The notes under the pieces were generated by a model. The model made no database searches and was not told where the DNA came from. It was given only the letters and a program-made list of their open reading frames with translations. A DNA stretch of 64,000 nt from Amoebophrya sp. A120 (Eukaryota > Protista > Dinoflagellata): contig CAJINV010000010.1 in the NCBI GenBank assembly GCA_905178155.1, positions 3,678,587 to 3,742,586 on the forward strand, in the 5' to 3' direction. A program made the position numbers and the translations under genes. Of the stretch, positions 25,201 through 36,900 are shown piece after piece (within the stretch, counting starts at the first letter, position 1; every line of letters starts with the position of its first letter).

Positions 25201-26663
25201 TCGGGTGGGCCTTGTTTGTCATGCAAAACAACCAAAACTTGTGGACTTGTCTAGCCGATAGCCGATCTTAACTATGGTGTGGGGACGTTTTTACACAGGA
25301 TATGCAGCGTTTGGGGTTTATCAAACAAGGCCAGTTTTCCTTCCTCACTCTCAGAGGGCCGGTCGCTCTCCTGGCGTTGTTGTCGATGATTTTCTCCTTT
25401 GGGACGGTGTTGTACTACTTTTATCGGAGATATGGGAGTGTCAGAACCGAAAATGACAAAGTCGAAAAATTTGTGATGCGCCAAATCGGTGCCAGTTGGG
25501 CCCTCAGTTTGTAGTCGGCGCATGACAATTTCTTTCTGTCCTGGAAGCGAATCTGTCACGCGGTTGAGGGCAAAGCAGATCCCTTCTGTCATGCTAGTCA
25601 GCACCAGCAGGCAGCCCAAGAACTCTTGACCCTCACGAGGTGGACTAAAATCCGCCTCTCTTCTTGCTGCATCCTCTGCAAGAATAGCGTCGCTTTTCGC
25701 GTCGCATTTTAGTACGCATGACAGATTATTTCGACTTCGTCGAGTTCGATCCTGACGCTTCCAGAAGAGAAGGAAGACAGCGGGATACACGAGCTACGTG
25801 CCTGATAATCTGATATTAAATGCAAATATGTCGGGGTCTGCAAGATTGCCAGGTTTGTCATGCATATTTCGCATCATGACCCATGACACCTGTGAGGCAT
25901 GCCCCAGCATCACAGATTTTTAGAGGGCTTCTTGGTGCTATTATGCATGAGAAATGCCCTCCCCGCGTGGCACAAACTGGCATGCTCTTGCTGGTCATGC
26001 AACGCAAACTTTTTTAGAATCCAAAGACAGCATTAGAAGTTGCAACCTTCCAGACATGCAGGGATATTTGCAATGCATATCTGAACATTGGCACCATGAA
26101 CGCGGGAGTTGCAGTATGTTGAGTAAAAACGTCCCCCCCCCCAGAGTTGTCATGCAAATCGGCATGCCAAAAAAGTTCCTCATGCGGAGCGCCATGAGAG
26201 GCATTTTCTAGTCGTGCTTTGGAAGTTGCTTGTGATGCTATGATCAGCATGATATGCTAGATCTGTGATGCTGCTGAACCACCTAGACAGGATTACACTA
26301 CCGGGGCAAACTTGTCATGCGAAACAACCAAAGCTGGCTGATTTGTCTAGCAGATTCCCCATTTTGACTTTGGTGTGGGGACGTTTTTTTTCAGGATATG
26401 CAGCCGGGATGCAAGAGCACGAGGATGCAGAAGTCGGATCTGCTTCCAGCAGCAGCTCTGGTGGCTCGGGCGTGACGAGATCTGGGTTTGAAAAGAACTA
26501 CCAAGATGCAGAGGTGGTCAAGATCCCTCCAACGACGGGGAATAGCAAAGCATCTTCTCCGATGAAGGTGAAGCCAGAGCATGAGAAGAAGAACGTGAGT
26601 GGAAATAGACCGCCAGCACCAACATCGAAGCCACCAGGGAAAATGAACAAGGCGGCGGAGTGA
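13275..26663 (+). CDS. GLG1/MG-160-like type I membrane protein with cysteine-rich repeats
   Basis: Signal peptide MLPPRSACFVSSFLLLLVV, an Ala/Thr/Pro-rich stalk, and many Cys-rich repeats (DIRLSPELAKNCVGDIDLLC...GQVLHCL; DYRLNPGLKKECAPIIDELC; DIRLHPQLERRCGVEIAKFC..PGNSRILVCL). TM segment VALLALLSMIFSFGTVLYYFY is followed by RRRK. Contains 22 introners and GT-AG introns 17094-17255 and 18479-18636. Confidence 0.85.
13359..13611. mobile_element. Introner family A
   Basis: Family A TIRs; TSD GCCTC. Confidence 0.9.
13668..13929. mobile_element. Introner family A
   Basis: Family A TIRs; TSD CTGCT; near-identical to 42270-42531. Confidence 0.92.
15522..15842. mobile_element. Introner family B
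   Basis: Family B TIRs; TSD AGATC/AAATC. Confidence 0.88.
16026..16343. mobile_element. Introner family B
   Basis: Family B TIRs; TSD GTACG/GTAAG. Confidence 0.88.
16499..16790. mobile_element. Introner family D
   Basis: TIR ...AAAAATGTCCCCA/TGGGGACG; TSD TTGGG. Confidence 0.88.
18776..18930. mobile_element. Introner family C
   Basis: TIR TGCAAAAGTATCGTACTCGTA; TSD AACTG. Confidence 0.9.
19221..19442. mobile_element. Introner family F
   Basis: TIR ...AGTGCACAACTCCCCCTCCCCCTCATTTGT; TSD CCCGG. Confidence 0.9.
19608..19756. mobile_element. Introner family C
   Basis: Family C TIRs; TSD TGGAG/TGGAA. Confidence 0.88.
19790..20109. mobile_element. Introner family B
   Basis: Family B TIRs; TSD CAGGC. 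Confidence 0.88.
20397..20669. mobile_element. Introner family A
   Basis: Family A TIRs with mutated right terminus (GAGT); TSD CCAGT. Confidence 0.87.
20708..21029. mobile_element. Introner family B
   Basis: Family B TIRs; TSD AGCCA. Confidence 0.88.
21116..21381. mobile_element. Introner family A
   Basis: Family A TIRs; TSD CACGG. Confidence 0.9.
21430..21692. mobile_element. Introner family A
   Basis: Family A TIRs; TSD AAGCC; close copy of 2076-2344. Confidence 0.92.
21770..21925. mobile_element. Introner family C
   Basis: Family C TIRs; TSD TTGGA/CTGGA. Confidence 0.87.
21989..22300. mobile_element. Introner family B
   Basis: Family B TIRs; TSD ACTGT. Confidence 0.9.
22770..23020. 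mobile_element. Introner family A
   Basis: Family A TIRs; TSD AAAGC. Confidence 0.9.
23065..23314. mobile_element. Introner family A
   Basis: Family A TIRs; TSD CAGGT. Confidence 0.9.
23575..23731. mobile_element. Introner family C
   Basis: Family C TIRs; TSD TTGAG. Confidence 0.88.
24778..24946. repeat. 13-bp tandem repeat CGACAGGTGACCT, about 13 copies
   Basis: Read directly; the unit contains the palindrome AGGT-G-ACCT. Confidence 0.93.
24952..25149. repeat. ~92-bp tandem duplication (just over 2 copies) with hairpin GGGGCGGAC-GCT-GTCCGCCCC
   Basis: Read directly. Confidence 0.88.
25431..25765. mobile_element. Introner family G
   Basis: TIR TATGGGAGTGTCAG/CTGACGCTTCCAGA; TSD GGAGA/AGAGA. 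Confidence 0.85.
25814..26079. mobile_element. Introner family A
   Basis: Family A TIRs; TSD TCTGA. Confidence 0.88.
26115..26398. mobile_element. Introner family D
   Basis: TIR ...GTAAAAACGTCCCC; TSD TGCAG. Confidence 0.9.
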
Positions 26664-26669
26664 GATTGA

Positions 26670-26801
26670 GATTTGTGTTGCGAGATTGAGGAGTCGGTGG
26701 AACCACACCGGCAGATTTGTGTTGCGAGATTGAGGAGTCGGTGGAACCACACCGGCTGATTTGTGTTGCGAGATTGAGGAGTCGGTGGAACCACACCAGC
26801 A
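26670..26801. repeat. 44-bp tandem repeat, 3 copies, just after the GLG1-like stop codon
   Basis: GATTTGTGTTGCGAGATTGAGGAGTCGGTGGAACCACACCGGC(A/T) at 26670, 26714 and 26758. Confidence 0.93.
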
Positions 26802-28418
26802 GCTACGGGAATTAAAAGCAGTGGACCACTGCTTTGGATTTATTTTGCGCTAGGTGTCGGAAGGCAATGTTGCGTTGAGGACAAGTTTAAGTACTTACTT
26901 GTTGAAAAAGTGATAGATTGATAGATACAACCGCCGCGGCGTCCATTATTGACACCGCGATCGAAGGACTGCACTGCAAAAGCGATGCAGTTTGTTCCCA
27001 AGAAATGGTTCTTTTTTCTCTACTACCCGTGGAAAAAAATTGTAAAAGCCCGTGGGATTGATTATGAAATTGTAAATTCGTTCGATCCTGTTCGTGGAAG
27101 AAAAGTGTAATTCTGTAGTCGGTCGCGGAAATAAAAAAATGGAATTCCCGTGGTTCTGATGTTTGGCGAAAATAGATCAACTTCGAGATTCACAGTCACA
27201 ACGCACTGCTTCGAGATCTGCAACGGCCGAAAATTTAAAAGGCTAGGATCATAATTATATATAATTTCACTTCAAGATCAGCAACGACAGGAGACTGAGG
27301 CAGCAAACACAGCAACACTACAGAGGATCAATGGGCGCGTGTGGGTGCGGCAGCGGCGGTCCACATACAATTTCACGGTGCAAGATGAAGACGGAGCAGT
27401 AACATTCCGTGTGCAAAATTTCTATTTCTGCGAAAACCGAGACTACATAGTTTCTCTGCGACGCTGATCGTGCGTATGCTTACCTGGATCGTTCTCTCGG
27501 GTTTTGCATGATGGGTTCGTGAGGTCGGTTTGTTATTTTCGGTGAAATTCCGATTGGAATTTTGCTTCCCGCCTCGCATGCCCACGCTGTGATGCGCCCC
27601 TGCTGGCTTTGACTCCTGATCGTGGTATTTTATTCTTTCGAGGCTCTGCTGTGGTTGGGATCTCAAAAAAAAATGTAGTTTTGATTTTTCATACTCCGGG
27701 GCGGCTGGGTAGTTTCCGCAGCGCACTGCTTCGAGATCTGCAACGGCCGAAAATAGAAGGCTAAGATCATAATTTCACTTCAAGATGATCATGATCCCGC
27801 ATGTAAACTGATGGAGACTTCTATCGGTCAAGCTAGCGCACTACAACTTGGCACAAGAAAGTTGTAGCATTTTAATATGCCGACCTCTAACCTTCAAAGT
27901 GGCAACCAGGAAGCATCAAACTTTCATCACAGGAGCTTTCATCTTTTCCGGGTTTATTTATCCTCCAAAACAACTAAAACGCTGAAAACATACACAAGCA
28001 CCGATTTTTTACCCTGATTTTCCAAATAGAACAACTCCCCAATGTAGCTGATTTTACAAGTAGAACAAGTCCTACAATGAAATACGAAAAACAAAGCGAA
28101 GCCTGTGTTTGGTAAAGAGACGATCTTGATTTGCATTTGTCATTGAAAAATTTTGACTTTCGCTTCGAACGAAAAAGGTTTTTCTCCGCGGCATCCTGCT
28201 CTAAGGCCGTAGCTTTAGCGTTTGTTAGTCACGAAGGAAATCAATTTCATAACAAGTACGGTCTCGTCCTCTTCTACATTTCTTACTGCCTTTGTAAAAG
28301 AGAAATAGCAGCAGTATAGAATTAGAGTACAACCTTTGTGGTCGGTGCCGACCGTTCATCACAATTGAGTAGTGGTCAACATCCACGGATCTAAATTCTG
28401 TGTATTGTCGGAAAAAAA

Positions 28419-29792
28419 ATGGCCCGCAGCTTCTTTCGTCGCGTCCTTGCAGCTTCCGCCAGTGGAGGTTGCGTGTCTGTCTACAACTTTCACGCGGCGC
28501 TGCTGGGAGGACAAGGAACTTCTGAAACGATTCCAAGTACTAGTTACTTTTCGCCGGTTCTGGCCGCCTCGCCAGGATCGTGGCCCGGAAGCAGCAGCGA
28601 TCCCGAATTGCGTACGTCTCGTCATAGATCCACGTCGTCGCGCGCCTCGTCGGCGTCTCGTCATGAACAAGGGAAAAGGGCGCCGTCTCGTCCTAGATCC
28701 ACGTCGCGCGTGGGACCACGCGGAGAAGGTGAGAACGCGGTTGGAGGTGGACCGATTACGCTTTCCACAGTCGTCGCGCAATACCCTTTGCCACACACAA
28801 CTCTTCCATCATGCGACGGCCTGTTTGGCGGGAAAGAGGAAATAAACACAGCTGGAGGCTGTACTACACCGATTCCGATTTCCATCAGCGACAGCCTGTC
28901 CGGGGGGAAAGATGGAACAAATGCGGCTCGCAAACCGATTCCTATTTCCATCAGCGAGGCCGTGTCTCGCCCTTGCGGCAAGGTTAGCCGGATTGAAGCG
29001 ATCCACAGACGACTTGGCGACTGGGCTAAAAAAGGCCGCGTTGAGGACGCAGAAAGCCTCTTCAACAGCATGCAAGCCGTAGGCCTGTGGCCGCATGTCG
29101 ACGCTTACTTCGCGCTCATGAGCGCTTACGCAAAACGTGGCGACGCTGAAGGCGCAGAGCGTGTTCTGGAAAGGATGGAGCTCGCAGGCCTGAGCCCGAT
29201 CCGCGTTAGCAGCAGCGACCAACAGATCTTCCAAGGGCATAACTTACAGCGCCGCGATCAGATCTACAGCGCCGTCCTAGACGCATACACGAAAAATGGC
29301 AACGCTGAAGGCGCAGAGAGGGTCCGGCAAAAGTTGGCCGCTTTTTATGCCACCGCGATACAGTACTCACGCGAAAAAGGACAGCCCTGCACGCTGCCAG
29401 GGCTCGCCAGCGTGCTGCAGCGCGCAGGCTTCCGCCCGGACGTTACCAGCTACAACGCCCTGATTGGCGCGTACGCCGAGCGAGGCGACGCCGTGGGCGC
29501 TGGGAGCACTTTTGAAAGGATGAAGAGCGCAGGCGTGGCGCCGGATATCGCCACGTACAACACTCTCTTGCAAGCGCACGTAAGAAAAGCGCGCACATCG
29601 ATTGGCGATACGGACGCCCGCAAGGGCATTAGGGAGGTCTTGGACTTGATATCTGCGGACGAAAACGTGGAGAAAGACGAACACACCCAGAGTTTGATAA
29701 GTGACTACTATCGGGTCTGTACGCGGCACGTGAAAACTCTTGAAATCCCTTCAGAGGCACACGACCCCGCCCCGGCGACTGTTCAGCCTTAA
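28419..29792 (+). CDS. Pentatricopeptide-repeat (PPR) protein, intronless
   Basis: 457-aa ORF with PPR motifs PHVDAYFALMSAYAKRGDAEGAERVLERMELAGLSP and PDVTSYNALIGAYAERGDAVGAGSTFERMKSAGVAPDIATYNTLL. Confidence 0.88.
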   Translation: MARSFFRRVLAASASGGCVSVYNFHAALLGGQGTSETIPSTSYFSPVLAASPGSWPGSSSDPELRTSRHRSTSSRASSASRHEQGKRAPSRPRSTSRVGPRGEGENAVGGGPITLSTVVAQYPLPHTTLPSCDGLFGGKEEINTAGGCTTPIPISISDSLSGGKDGTNAARKPIPISISEAVSRPCGKVSRIEAIHRRLGDWAKKGRVEDAESLFNSMQAVGLWPHVDAYFALMSAYAKRGDAEGAERVLERMELAGLSPIRVSSSDQQIFQGHNLQRRDQIYSAVLDAYTKNGNAEGAERVRQKLAAFYATAIQYSREKGQPCTLPGLASVLQRAGFRPDVTSYNALIGAYAERGDAVGAGSTFERMKSAGVAPDIATYNTLLQAHVRKARTSIGDTDARKGIREVLDLISADENVEKDEHTQSLISDYYRVCTRHVKTLEIPSEAHDPAPATVQP

Positions 29793-30019
29793 TTAGTTTT
29801 GCCAAATTAAGTATTTTGTATTTTGTTGTTTTTTTTTAAGTACATTGTTTTTTCAAAAGGTATGCATGTAGGGATTGCATTAGTTTTGATTTTATCAAAT
29901 TGCCGTTCTTAGATAAAAATGCGACCTACTTGTATGATTTTGAGACCGGTACGTGCTGAGGCCCAGATTTTTAAACACGATGGCACGGTGAAGGTTAGAT
30001 TTTTAGCGTCGGGCATACC

Positions 30020-31170
30020 CTCGGGGAAAACAGGGGGCCCCCGCCCTCCCGCCTCTCGCCCGCTCGGTAGCCTCCCCACAGGGGGGCCCCCGTCCCCGGC
30101 TCCCGCCCTCCGTCCCGCCCGCAGGGGGGGCCCCGCCTCCGTCTTTCACTGCCCACTTACAGGGGGCCCCCGCCTCCTTGATCGCCCCCCCGCACAACCT
30201 TTCGCCCGCTGGGCATCGCGGGGCGCCGACCGCTGGCACCGCGCCTGCAGGGGGGCCTCTGCCTCCTTCTTTCACTCCCCGCGTCCCTGCAGGGGGGCCC
30301 CCGTCCCCGGCTCCCGCCCCCCCCGCCCGCAGGGGGCATCCCGCCTACAGGGGGCCCCCGCTTCCTTCTTTCACCGCTCACGCGCAGGGGGCCGACGCCT
30401 CCTTGCCCGTCCCCCCTCGCACCCTTTCGCCCGTTGGGGGTCCGCCTGCAGGGAGGCCCCCCTGGCTCCCGCCCTTCCGGCCGCTGGGTACCGCTCGTGC
30501 AGGGGGGCCCCCGCCTCCTTGCTTGCGCGCAGGAGGCCCCCCCGCCTCCTGCGGGCTGCCGGCCGAAAGCGGCCTCCTGCCCTCCCGCGGGGGGCCCCCG
30601 CGGCTCTTCTTGCCCACAAGGGGGCCCCGCCTCCCTGCCGCCCCCGCCCGAAGGGGGCCCCCACTTCCGCCGTATCAGGTCCGGAACGGGCCTCCACCTT
30701 CTTAGTTACCTGCCTGAAAGGGGAAAGTTTGGGGGGGCCCATTGTCCTGTTCGTTTGGATTTCCTGTTCGGTTGGATGGTTGCTGCCTTGCTGGCCGACT
30801 CCGCCCGTTTTTCGCCGCGGGCACGCAAGGGGCCGCCCACTTGCGGCGCGCCCGGCTTTCGGGCCCCGCCCGCATGGGTGGTTGGGGGGGGAGTGTTGTG
30901 GGCTGCCCGCTGGTCCGCTATCGCGAAGGGGTGGTGGAACTGCAACTATTGTGCCCGCGGGCCTCAACACGGACCTAACCAGTGCGGGGCTTGTGTGTGT
31001 TGGGCACAGCTATTGCGCCCGCGGGCCTCACCACGGACCTAACCACTGCGCTGCCTGCTTCTGTTGGGCGGCTGGCCGGTCCCCTCGTTGGTGACTGTTC
31101 TGGAAGTGGTCCGCTCGTCCTCCCGGGGGGCCGCAACCGCACTGGGCGGGGCGCCCGCGCGCGGCGCCGA
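30020..31170. repeat. GC-rich degenerate repeat tract (AGGGGGCCCCCGCCTCC units)
   Basis: Recurrent GGGGGCCCCC palindromic units, plus a ~40-bp duplicate near 30947 and 31011. Confidence 0.75.
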
Positions 31171-33965
31171 CGGGCGTGAAAGCGTGCCCAGCAGTAGTGT
31201 TGTTGCGCGGGTTGAAGGGAAAGAGAGGGGCGTTGGCAATATTGTATTGCGAAGGCGGGCTGGGTGATTGGTTGTCAATGCGGCAGTTGTCAAGTTGGTT
31301 TGGTTGGTTGTCAATACGCCAGAGCGACAGCTCTCACTCGGGGCCGCGCGTTGTCGCTCTGGCGTATCGTTGTCTTTCTGGCCGGCGTATTGACAACCAA
31401 CCACGACAGTATGTATATGGCGCACAGTGACAACCACAAGAACCCGAGAGACATTCCGCGCGACAGGCAAAGACCAGCAGTGCGGTGGGGAATACTGCCC
31501 GCATGCGCCGCCACACGCACTACGCGCGCGGGAAAATATTGACTGCAGACGCTGGCGCCACCATGTGCCAGGGCACGCAGTGCGCTGAGCAGTCGGCGCC
31601 GTGCTGTTAGGACGTGCGGACTCCGACCCGCGTCGGCGAGGGCAGCCAAGGTAAAAGTAGACACGCGCGCGGGCGATAAGCGGAAACACTGCCCACATGT
31701 GCCGCGGTGCGGGTCGCGATTCCCAAACGTTGCGGTCGCGACCGACAAACCACGGAAACCGACTCCGGTCGGAAGCCGGCGCGTGCCGCCGCGATTCGAG
31801 ATAAAGTCGCAGCGCTTGTTCCGATTTGTGTCACGGCGAGACACATCGTGAAAAAAAGGCCGCGCCGTCGTGATTCGGCTGCGCGACTCGTGCGAAATAT
31901 CGTGGAAAATCAGGACAAAGCAACTCCGCAAACAGGGCCCGTAGCACCGCGATTCGCGACGCAATTGTTAGGCTTTTGCACTATTTTTTGCACGGTGCAA
32001 AAACTCGTGCAAAAGAGGTCCTACCACCGCGATCAGCATAGAAAACAAAGCAACTTTTGCACGATTTTCACCAGTTTCGCGACAAATCCCGGGCTTCGGG
32101 AAATCCCGGGATTCCGGAAAGACGTGAGTAAAAGACAAAAGCAAAAACCCGAAGACTTGGAAGGGCCAACCCGCATGGTATGGCGCGCGTAGGCTACTGA
32201 AATCCTTATAGTTTCGCAGTGTAACAAAAGCCGTTCCACGAGGGCACCGCGCCCGGGTATATACGCAAGGTTTGACCCCAATCACGATGGTAGTGCAAAT
32301 AATTCTGGGCCTCAGCGCGTACCGTTCTGATGATTTTTTACAAAATTATAGAAAGAATTGCGTGCATATGCATTGAAAAATGATATCAACATATCAAAAA
32401 TAAAGAAATTTTTTTGGAACGGGAATCAGTGCAAACGTGGAGATATCTAGTAACAAAGGACTGGAACATGTGAGAGGCTGACACCCAGGACGACCAGGTC
32501 ATCCAGGGCCGTAGGCTTTGAGCGTGATTCTGGGTCTTGATACTCAAAGCAATATTTTAAAACTTGGCTCGGTAGAAGTATCATCGGCAAAGACATGTGG
32601 TAGCTTCCGAGGAAGCAAGATGAGACTGAGAGTACAAAAAAGTTGTAGAACTACTTGAGTCGGCGTTGTGCTATACAGATCGTACAGCACAGCTATCGAA
32701 TCGCTCACAACCGAACGAACACTACTAGCACGAAAAACACGAAAGACCGATGCTAAGGGAACCATTCAGACGCATTACAGATATTTCGTTATCATTCAGA
32801 AGGGAGAAGCTGCAGTGATTATTTGAATCGCAGACCTCGATGCAAGAGAAGCAAGGGGATAAAACGCGATTTTGAGATGTTGTGATAGTTTTGCAATTAT
32901 TGTTTTGGAAAAATTCGAGTAAGGAAAAAAAACGACCAGGCTTGAAAAATAGAAAATCACGAAGACTTTTCCACTTTTCAAAACTCAGTGCTGACAGGAC
33001 TTAAGAGCACCAGCAGCCACAGCTAGAAAGCTGTGCAAGTTTTCCCTGTTTTCGCATTACAAATTCAGTGTCCTACATCGTGGCTGTGTGTCAACAAAAG
33101 ATCTTGCGTCCTGTTTTCTGGAGTGTGAAATCAATAATGTACGTTTGCAGTAAGCATCGTCTTCATCGGGATGAGTTGTGTCGTTTTTCTGTTTCCAAAG
33201 TGTCTTTCGCATCCACTTTGGACAGTGCCACTCGCTCTTCCTGCGTTTTGGTGCCCATCATGCGCGATTTTCTTCCTTCCAATGTTGTACTGAAGGTACT
33301 TAGCAGCTTCAACATCTTGCATTTGAAACACGATCCTGAAATGCGAAAATTGCACGACTCACAGAATAGATCATGGGTCCGACAAGATGAACGCGTTGCC
33401 CTTGAAAAAGTCCGATATGGGGATCGGATCCAAAGAAGAGGAAGATCAAGATCTAAAATCAATGCGATCTGCTTCTTGTCAAGGAGAGGATCACGCGACC
33501 AAGGTTCTTGTGAAAATGTTCTGGTCCCAAATCCTGGGCTGGCATGTTGACTACCAAGTACTATAGTTGGTTTCAACTAGAAATCACAAAGAAGTAGTAA
33601 GTAGATCATCTTGATGTAGAACAACACGAATTATCTCGATGCGACCATTTTGATGTTTCAATTTCCCTACTGCAGGCGACTTTCGAGTTTTTTTTGGGTG
33701 ATTTCGATCGTCATAATCGTAATCCATAAGATCTTCTTCAAAGTGATAGGTACTGCTCTCATTATTACTTAGACATGTTTAAAAGTGCTGGTCTTGCTTG
33801 ATGCGTTATCAGTCAGCACACGGCTCGCTTTTATCCTGATTTTCATCTTTCATGTCACGACAACCACAACCTGTACTAGTAGTTACAATTCGTTTAACGA
33901 CAACATCGTAATTTTTCTTTTCAAATTGACGACCGCCTGATCATCTTCTTTCCCAGCCCAAAGCC

Positions 33966-36900
33966 ATGATCAACGACGAAACGAATTGGCACATTCTCAA
34001 CCAGGGGTTCTGCAGTTTCAAGGTGAAACTGAAGCAGCCGCCAGACACCTTTTGCCGCAACGAATACAATGTCACCGGGTTGTGCAACCGGGTCAGCTGC
34101 CCCCTGGCGAATTCAGAGTATTTTATTTGATTCGCGGGGTGTATAATTGTAAGGGAAAATCTTCCCTCCCCATATCGAACTGGAAATCTGTGATGCGGGA
34201 TTTGTGTACACAAGTCGACTTGTATTGCTAGAAGGCCAAGAGAAGCAGTTGTGGCCTGAATTGCAGGACATTTGTCATGCTGTTTCCCAATCATGCCAGT
34301 TGCCTCCTGTCGTGCTGAGGTTGCAAGGCCTTCCCACGCCAGCCAGCAAAAATCATCACAACAGGTATGCCACGGTGATCGAGAAGGAGGGTCTTTGTTT
34401 ATGAAATGCAAAAGCATCGTACTAGTATAAATCGCATGACAAATCTCCTCAGCATGAGAAATAGAATTTGTAATGCGGATTTACATTGAGAAAGAAATCT
34501 GTAATGCATGACTGCGATTACTACGAGTACGATACTTTTGCACAGGATATTGTTACCTGTACATCAAAACCGTGGAGCGAGCACACATATGGATTGTAAA
34601 AATGTCTGGCTCTGGAAGGTTGGAACTTGTCATGCTAAATCTGAATCATGCAAAAAACTGCGTTGCATGATTTGCAACTGCTGTCCACTTTTGACCAAGT
34701 TGAGAGGCACTTTCTCATGCAGGATAGGCATGATAGTGATCTCACCGAATCTGTCATGCTAGGTCCTCCATTACAGATTATATGGGTCATGGCAAACCTG
34801 CATGACAAGTTCCAGACCCAGACACTTTTACACTTGATAACACACGCCGAAGAAGATGTGGGAGAAGATAGAGCTATCATTTGTAAAAACGTCCCCACCC
34901 CAGAGTTGTCATGCTAATCTGCATGCTGAAAAGATTTCTCATGCAGAGCCCCATGAGAGGCATTTGCCAGTCGTGTTTTGGAATTTGCCATGCTTCATTC
35001 GGCATGGTATGCTAGATCTGTGATGCTGCTGCACTAGCAAAACAGGACTATACTACGAGGCCAAACTTGTTATGCATACTTCCCAAAACTTGGAAATTTG
35101 TGTTGCACATTTACCAACTTGACTATGGGGTGGGGACGTTTTTCCGCAGGATAAGAGCTGTCCAAAAATTTCATGCAGGCTTTGGCGCAAATAGACGAAC
35201 AGCTGCTGCACTGGGCGGATCACAAGGTAGAAAAAAGAATTTATAGGTTCTTCGTGTAAAAAAGCACTGCACGACGACAAGCACCAGCATCTTTGGTGCG
35301 CGTTGTTATTTCCCAATATCATTGTTCACCACCTGGACCTGCATGACCACAACTTGCCCGCGGCGAGAAGATTGAAAAGAACTTTTCATTTCCAGATCTT
35401 GTTACACCAACTAGAAGCATTAATGCATTTTTAATTCAGATCAAAACTTTACACCAAAAGCAAAACCAAAACCACAACAACAGAAAAACCGGTGTAAGCA
35501 GCGGCTGACGAAGCTGCGACAGGTTTTGCTGCGACAAAGGAAAGCTGCGTTGGAGCCGAAAATGACCACCATGGTTGGGATCAAACAGAAGACCGAGAAG
35601 CGCGAGGCGGTCCGGGAGGAAAAAGCGGAGAAGGCGGCAAAGGTTGAGATGTCGATCGAAAAAGAGCTGTTGGAGCGTCTGAAACTCGGGACCTACGGTG
35701 ATTTGTACCAAACAAAGAAGCAGAAAGAGAAAAGCTCCGCATCAAATAAAGCGGGAGAGAAGGAGCTGAACAGCGATATCCTGCGTAAAAACGTCGTCCC
35801 CACGCCGACCCCAGGGCTTAAGATGAAAATTCTGCAACACAGATCGATGCACAAGTTTTAGTGGGAGTCACGCATGACAAGTTTGCTTTCTCTGGACTGT
35901 AATGCGGCTGAGCTGCAAGGACAGCCGCATCACAAAGCCATGGTCCTGGCATAAGTATCCTGTTTGCACCATCTTCACAAACTCCATAACACAGTCGAAA
36001 ATACCCCTCCTGGGCGGGACGCGCATTACAAGTTCTTTTCCTGTGATTGCAAATGATCTGCATGACTAGTACAACTCTGGGGCGGTGCAGCTGGGGACGT
36101 TTTTACTCAGGATAAGCGAGGAAGAACAGTCAAACGAGATGGAGCTCGAGTACGAGGACAGTGAGGGGGAGAGGCTGATGGAACTGGAAGACGGGGACGA
36201 GGAAGTAGATGAGCGGGATTTTATTACAATGAAAAATGCCCCCACCCCCGAACTTGGGAGCATTTGTATTGCAAACCTTTCCAAATGAAACATTCTCCCT
36301 CTTGCATCTATCAGCATCACAGGTTTTCAATCGTGAATAGCAAAAAAATTTGTATTGCAAAAGACCCCAGCATAAGCGGCGCTTGTCATGCAAGCGATGC
36401 GATACTCGCCAACATTCTGCATCAGAAAGATTCATACTCCTTTCATGCATGACAAAAAGTTTTCATTTGGAAACTTCGCATCACAAATTTTTGTAATTTT
36501 GGGGTGGGGGGCACTTTTCACTGTAATAGATTTAGCCTACATCGCAGATCTGAACGACAGCGACGACGACGGAATACCCGATGAAGATTTATCGGATTTG
36601 TCCTCTGATGAAGAGGATGAACAAGCTGCTGGTGAGACGAGAAACAAAAACTCAGACGACGACATGTCTGACGACGACGAGGCCTCCTCCAATTCCCCCG
36701 ACGCGAAGGTCCAAAGGAGAGAAGACGCTTCCGTCGGTAGCTCCTCGCGGAGAAGTACGGATGTGGGCGATATCGAGGACCTGATGGGCAGCGGGGGCCG
36801 AGGGGGAAGTAGTAGTAGTGCAGCGGAGCGATTACGCAAGAAGAACCTGAAGAAGAAAAAGAAGAAAAATGATGTGGCGGGGGGTCGTGAAAAGGAACAA

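Larger units (their letters stand above)
24533..25302. mobile_element. Introner family D carrying a ~490-bp nested insert
   Basis: Family D halves at 24533-24728 and 25216-25302; TSD TGCAG. Confidence 0.88.

Noticed and set aside
13275-26663. Genes as transposon-riddled pseudogenes
   Set aside because: The exons I translated have no stops or frameshifts once the inserts are removed, and catalytic and conserved residues are intact (ATG4 Cys/Asp/His, MAK16 core).
33068-33576. 160-aa and 137-aa ORFs upstream of MAK16
   Set aside because: No recognisable motif, no introners, and nothing else supports coding status.
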